A DNA stretch of 63,613 nt, filler included, from an uncultured bacterium (lineage in GTDB: Bacteria; CAYJOG01), in NCBI GenBank assembly GCA_964371695.1. It is 28 parts of 28 records of this genome, joined end to end, with 100 filler letters (N's around TTAATTAATTAA, not from the genome) between each part and the next. Parts side by side here need not be neighbours in the genome. Positions count along the whole stretch, not along the records: positions 61,522 to 63,613 come from CAYJOG010000567.1; 27 more parts are not named here. One strand, given 5' to 3'. The notes under the pieces are model-generated. The model had not been told where the DNA came from. It made no database searches and was given only the letters and a program-made list of their open reading frames with translations. This document shows, piece by piece, positions 62,559 to 63,613 of this stretch; within the stretch, counting starts at the first letter, position 1; every line of letters starts with the position of its first letter. The translations under genes and the position numbers were made by a program.

Positions 62559-63512
62559 TTGCGCACCGGTGCGGCCCTGCTCATCACGTTTTGCCTGCTG
62601 CTGTTGCAGGTGTTCAATGCGCCCAGGGTGCGCCGGGTCAAGGGGTTCCGGTCCTCTCTCAGCAGCGTGCCCCGGGCGGGCATGGCCCAGGTGTCGTCGC
62701 TGGGCAACGTGCGGGCCATGGCGGACTGGTACTGGATACAGTCGGTGCTCTATTTCGCCCAGCACTGGCTCACCGACCAGGACTACCGCCCCCTGGAGCG
62801 CTCTTTGGATTTCATCACCGATCTTCAGCCCTATGCCGAAACGCCTTATGTCATTGGCGGCTGGATGCTGTGCGATGGCCCCCGGTCGTGCCCGGCGGCG
62901 GTCAATCTGGCGCTGAAGGCCACCGTGTGGAACCAGAACTCGTGGGCGCTGCTGGAGCAGATGGGCATCCTGATTTTTCTGGAGCAGCGGGAAAACAGAA
63001 CAGCGGCGGGCATGTTCAAGATCGCACGGGGGCGGCCCGGTGCGCCGGTGTCGCTGCACGCGCTGGAAGGCTACATGTGGATTCGCGGCGGCGAAGAGGA
63101 GCGGGCCAAGGCGTTTTACACCCAGCTTTACCACACGGCCCCCACGCCCCAGTTGCGCCACAAAGCTGCGGTGGAACTGAAACGTTACGCCATGGTGAGC
63201 GACCTGCGTCGCCTGCAGGAAGTGTTGCAGGAATACGTGGACGCCTATAACGAACTACCTCCGGACGTGGCGGCCCTGAGCAACTTCAAGGCAGGGGAAC
63301 TGCCCCAGGCCGATCCTTTCGGCGGGAATTACCGGGTGGACCCCTCCGGCGTCGTCACCACCACCACCAAAGAGGAACTCACCATTCTCCAGCACCGTTA
63401 TATGGACAAAGCTCCGCTCAAACCCGTGACGCTGCGGCGTTATTACGGTCCTGAGCCGCCAGAAAACCTCAAGGCCCACACGCCTTCGGTGCTGGACACA
63501 CTCACGCCGTGA
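62559..63512 (+). CDS. hypothetical exported helical-repeat protein with C-terminal DPFGG motif
   Basis: N-terminal TM helix, ADWYWIQSVLYF, DPFGGNY. Confidence 0.6.
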   Translation: MRTGAALLITFCLLLLQVFNAPRVRRVKGFRSSLSSVPRAGMAQVSSLGNVRAMADWYWIQSVLYFAQHWLTDQDYRPLERSLDFITDLQPYAETPYVIGGWMLCDGPRSCPAAVNLALKATVWNQNSWALLEQMGILIFLEQRENRTAAGMFKIARGRPGAPVSLHALEGYMWIRGGEEERAKAFYTQLYHTAPTPQLRHKAAVELKRYAMVSDLRRLQEVLQEYVDAYNELPPDVAALSNFKAGELPQADPFGGNYRVDPSGVVTTTTKEELTILQHRYMDKAPLKPVTLRRYYGPEPPENLKAHTPSVLDTLTP

Positions 63513-63613
63513 GTTGGTAAGTCGGAGACTGGAAGCTGGAAAAAGAAAAAGCCCCATCGTTCCCTCTCCCGTGCTTTGCATGGGAGAGGGTGGCGCGTAG
63601 CGCCGGGTGAGGG

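Overview
The window is not one locus. It is 28 short, size-sorted GC-rich bacterial contigs (about 2.1-2.2 kb each, probably a fragmented draft genome or MAG) joined by 27 artificial N..TTAATTAATTAA..N linkers, so synteny is only meaningful within a contig. Coding content is mostly housekeeping and metabolic: cbb3 oxidase genes, mutL, sat, cyclophilins, sufBC, sdhCDA, nadA, truB/ribF, murA, two toxin-antitoxin pairs, one tRNA-Val and many enzymes and hypotheticals. The strongest signal is non-coding. Intergenic DNA is saturated with several palindromic repeat families and MITE-like elements, and roughly 25 of 56 contig ends fall in them. The best candidate system is a self-contained DUF559 (Vsr-like) endonuclease gene downstream of tRNA-Val. 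It is bracketed by inverted copies of a CCCTCTCCC..GGGAGAGGG hairpin repeat found about 15 times across the contigs, an architecture like RAYT/REP but with a PD-(D/E)XK-type nuclease. Also notable are a five-layer nested 526-bp palindrome, a MITE carrying the same hairpin, many apparently leaderless genes, a divergent hicA/hicB pair, a KamA-RimK operon and a sensor-less sigma54 activator behind a CRP/FNR-type site. All family assignments come from motif recognition; no database searches were run.
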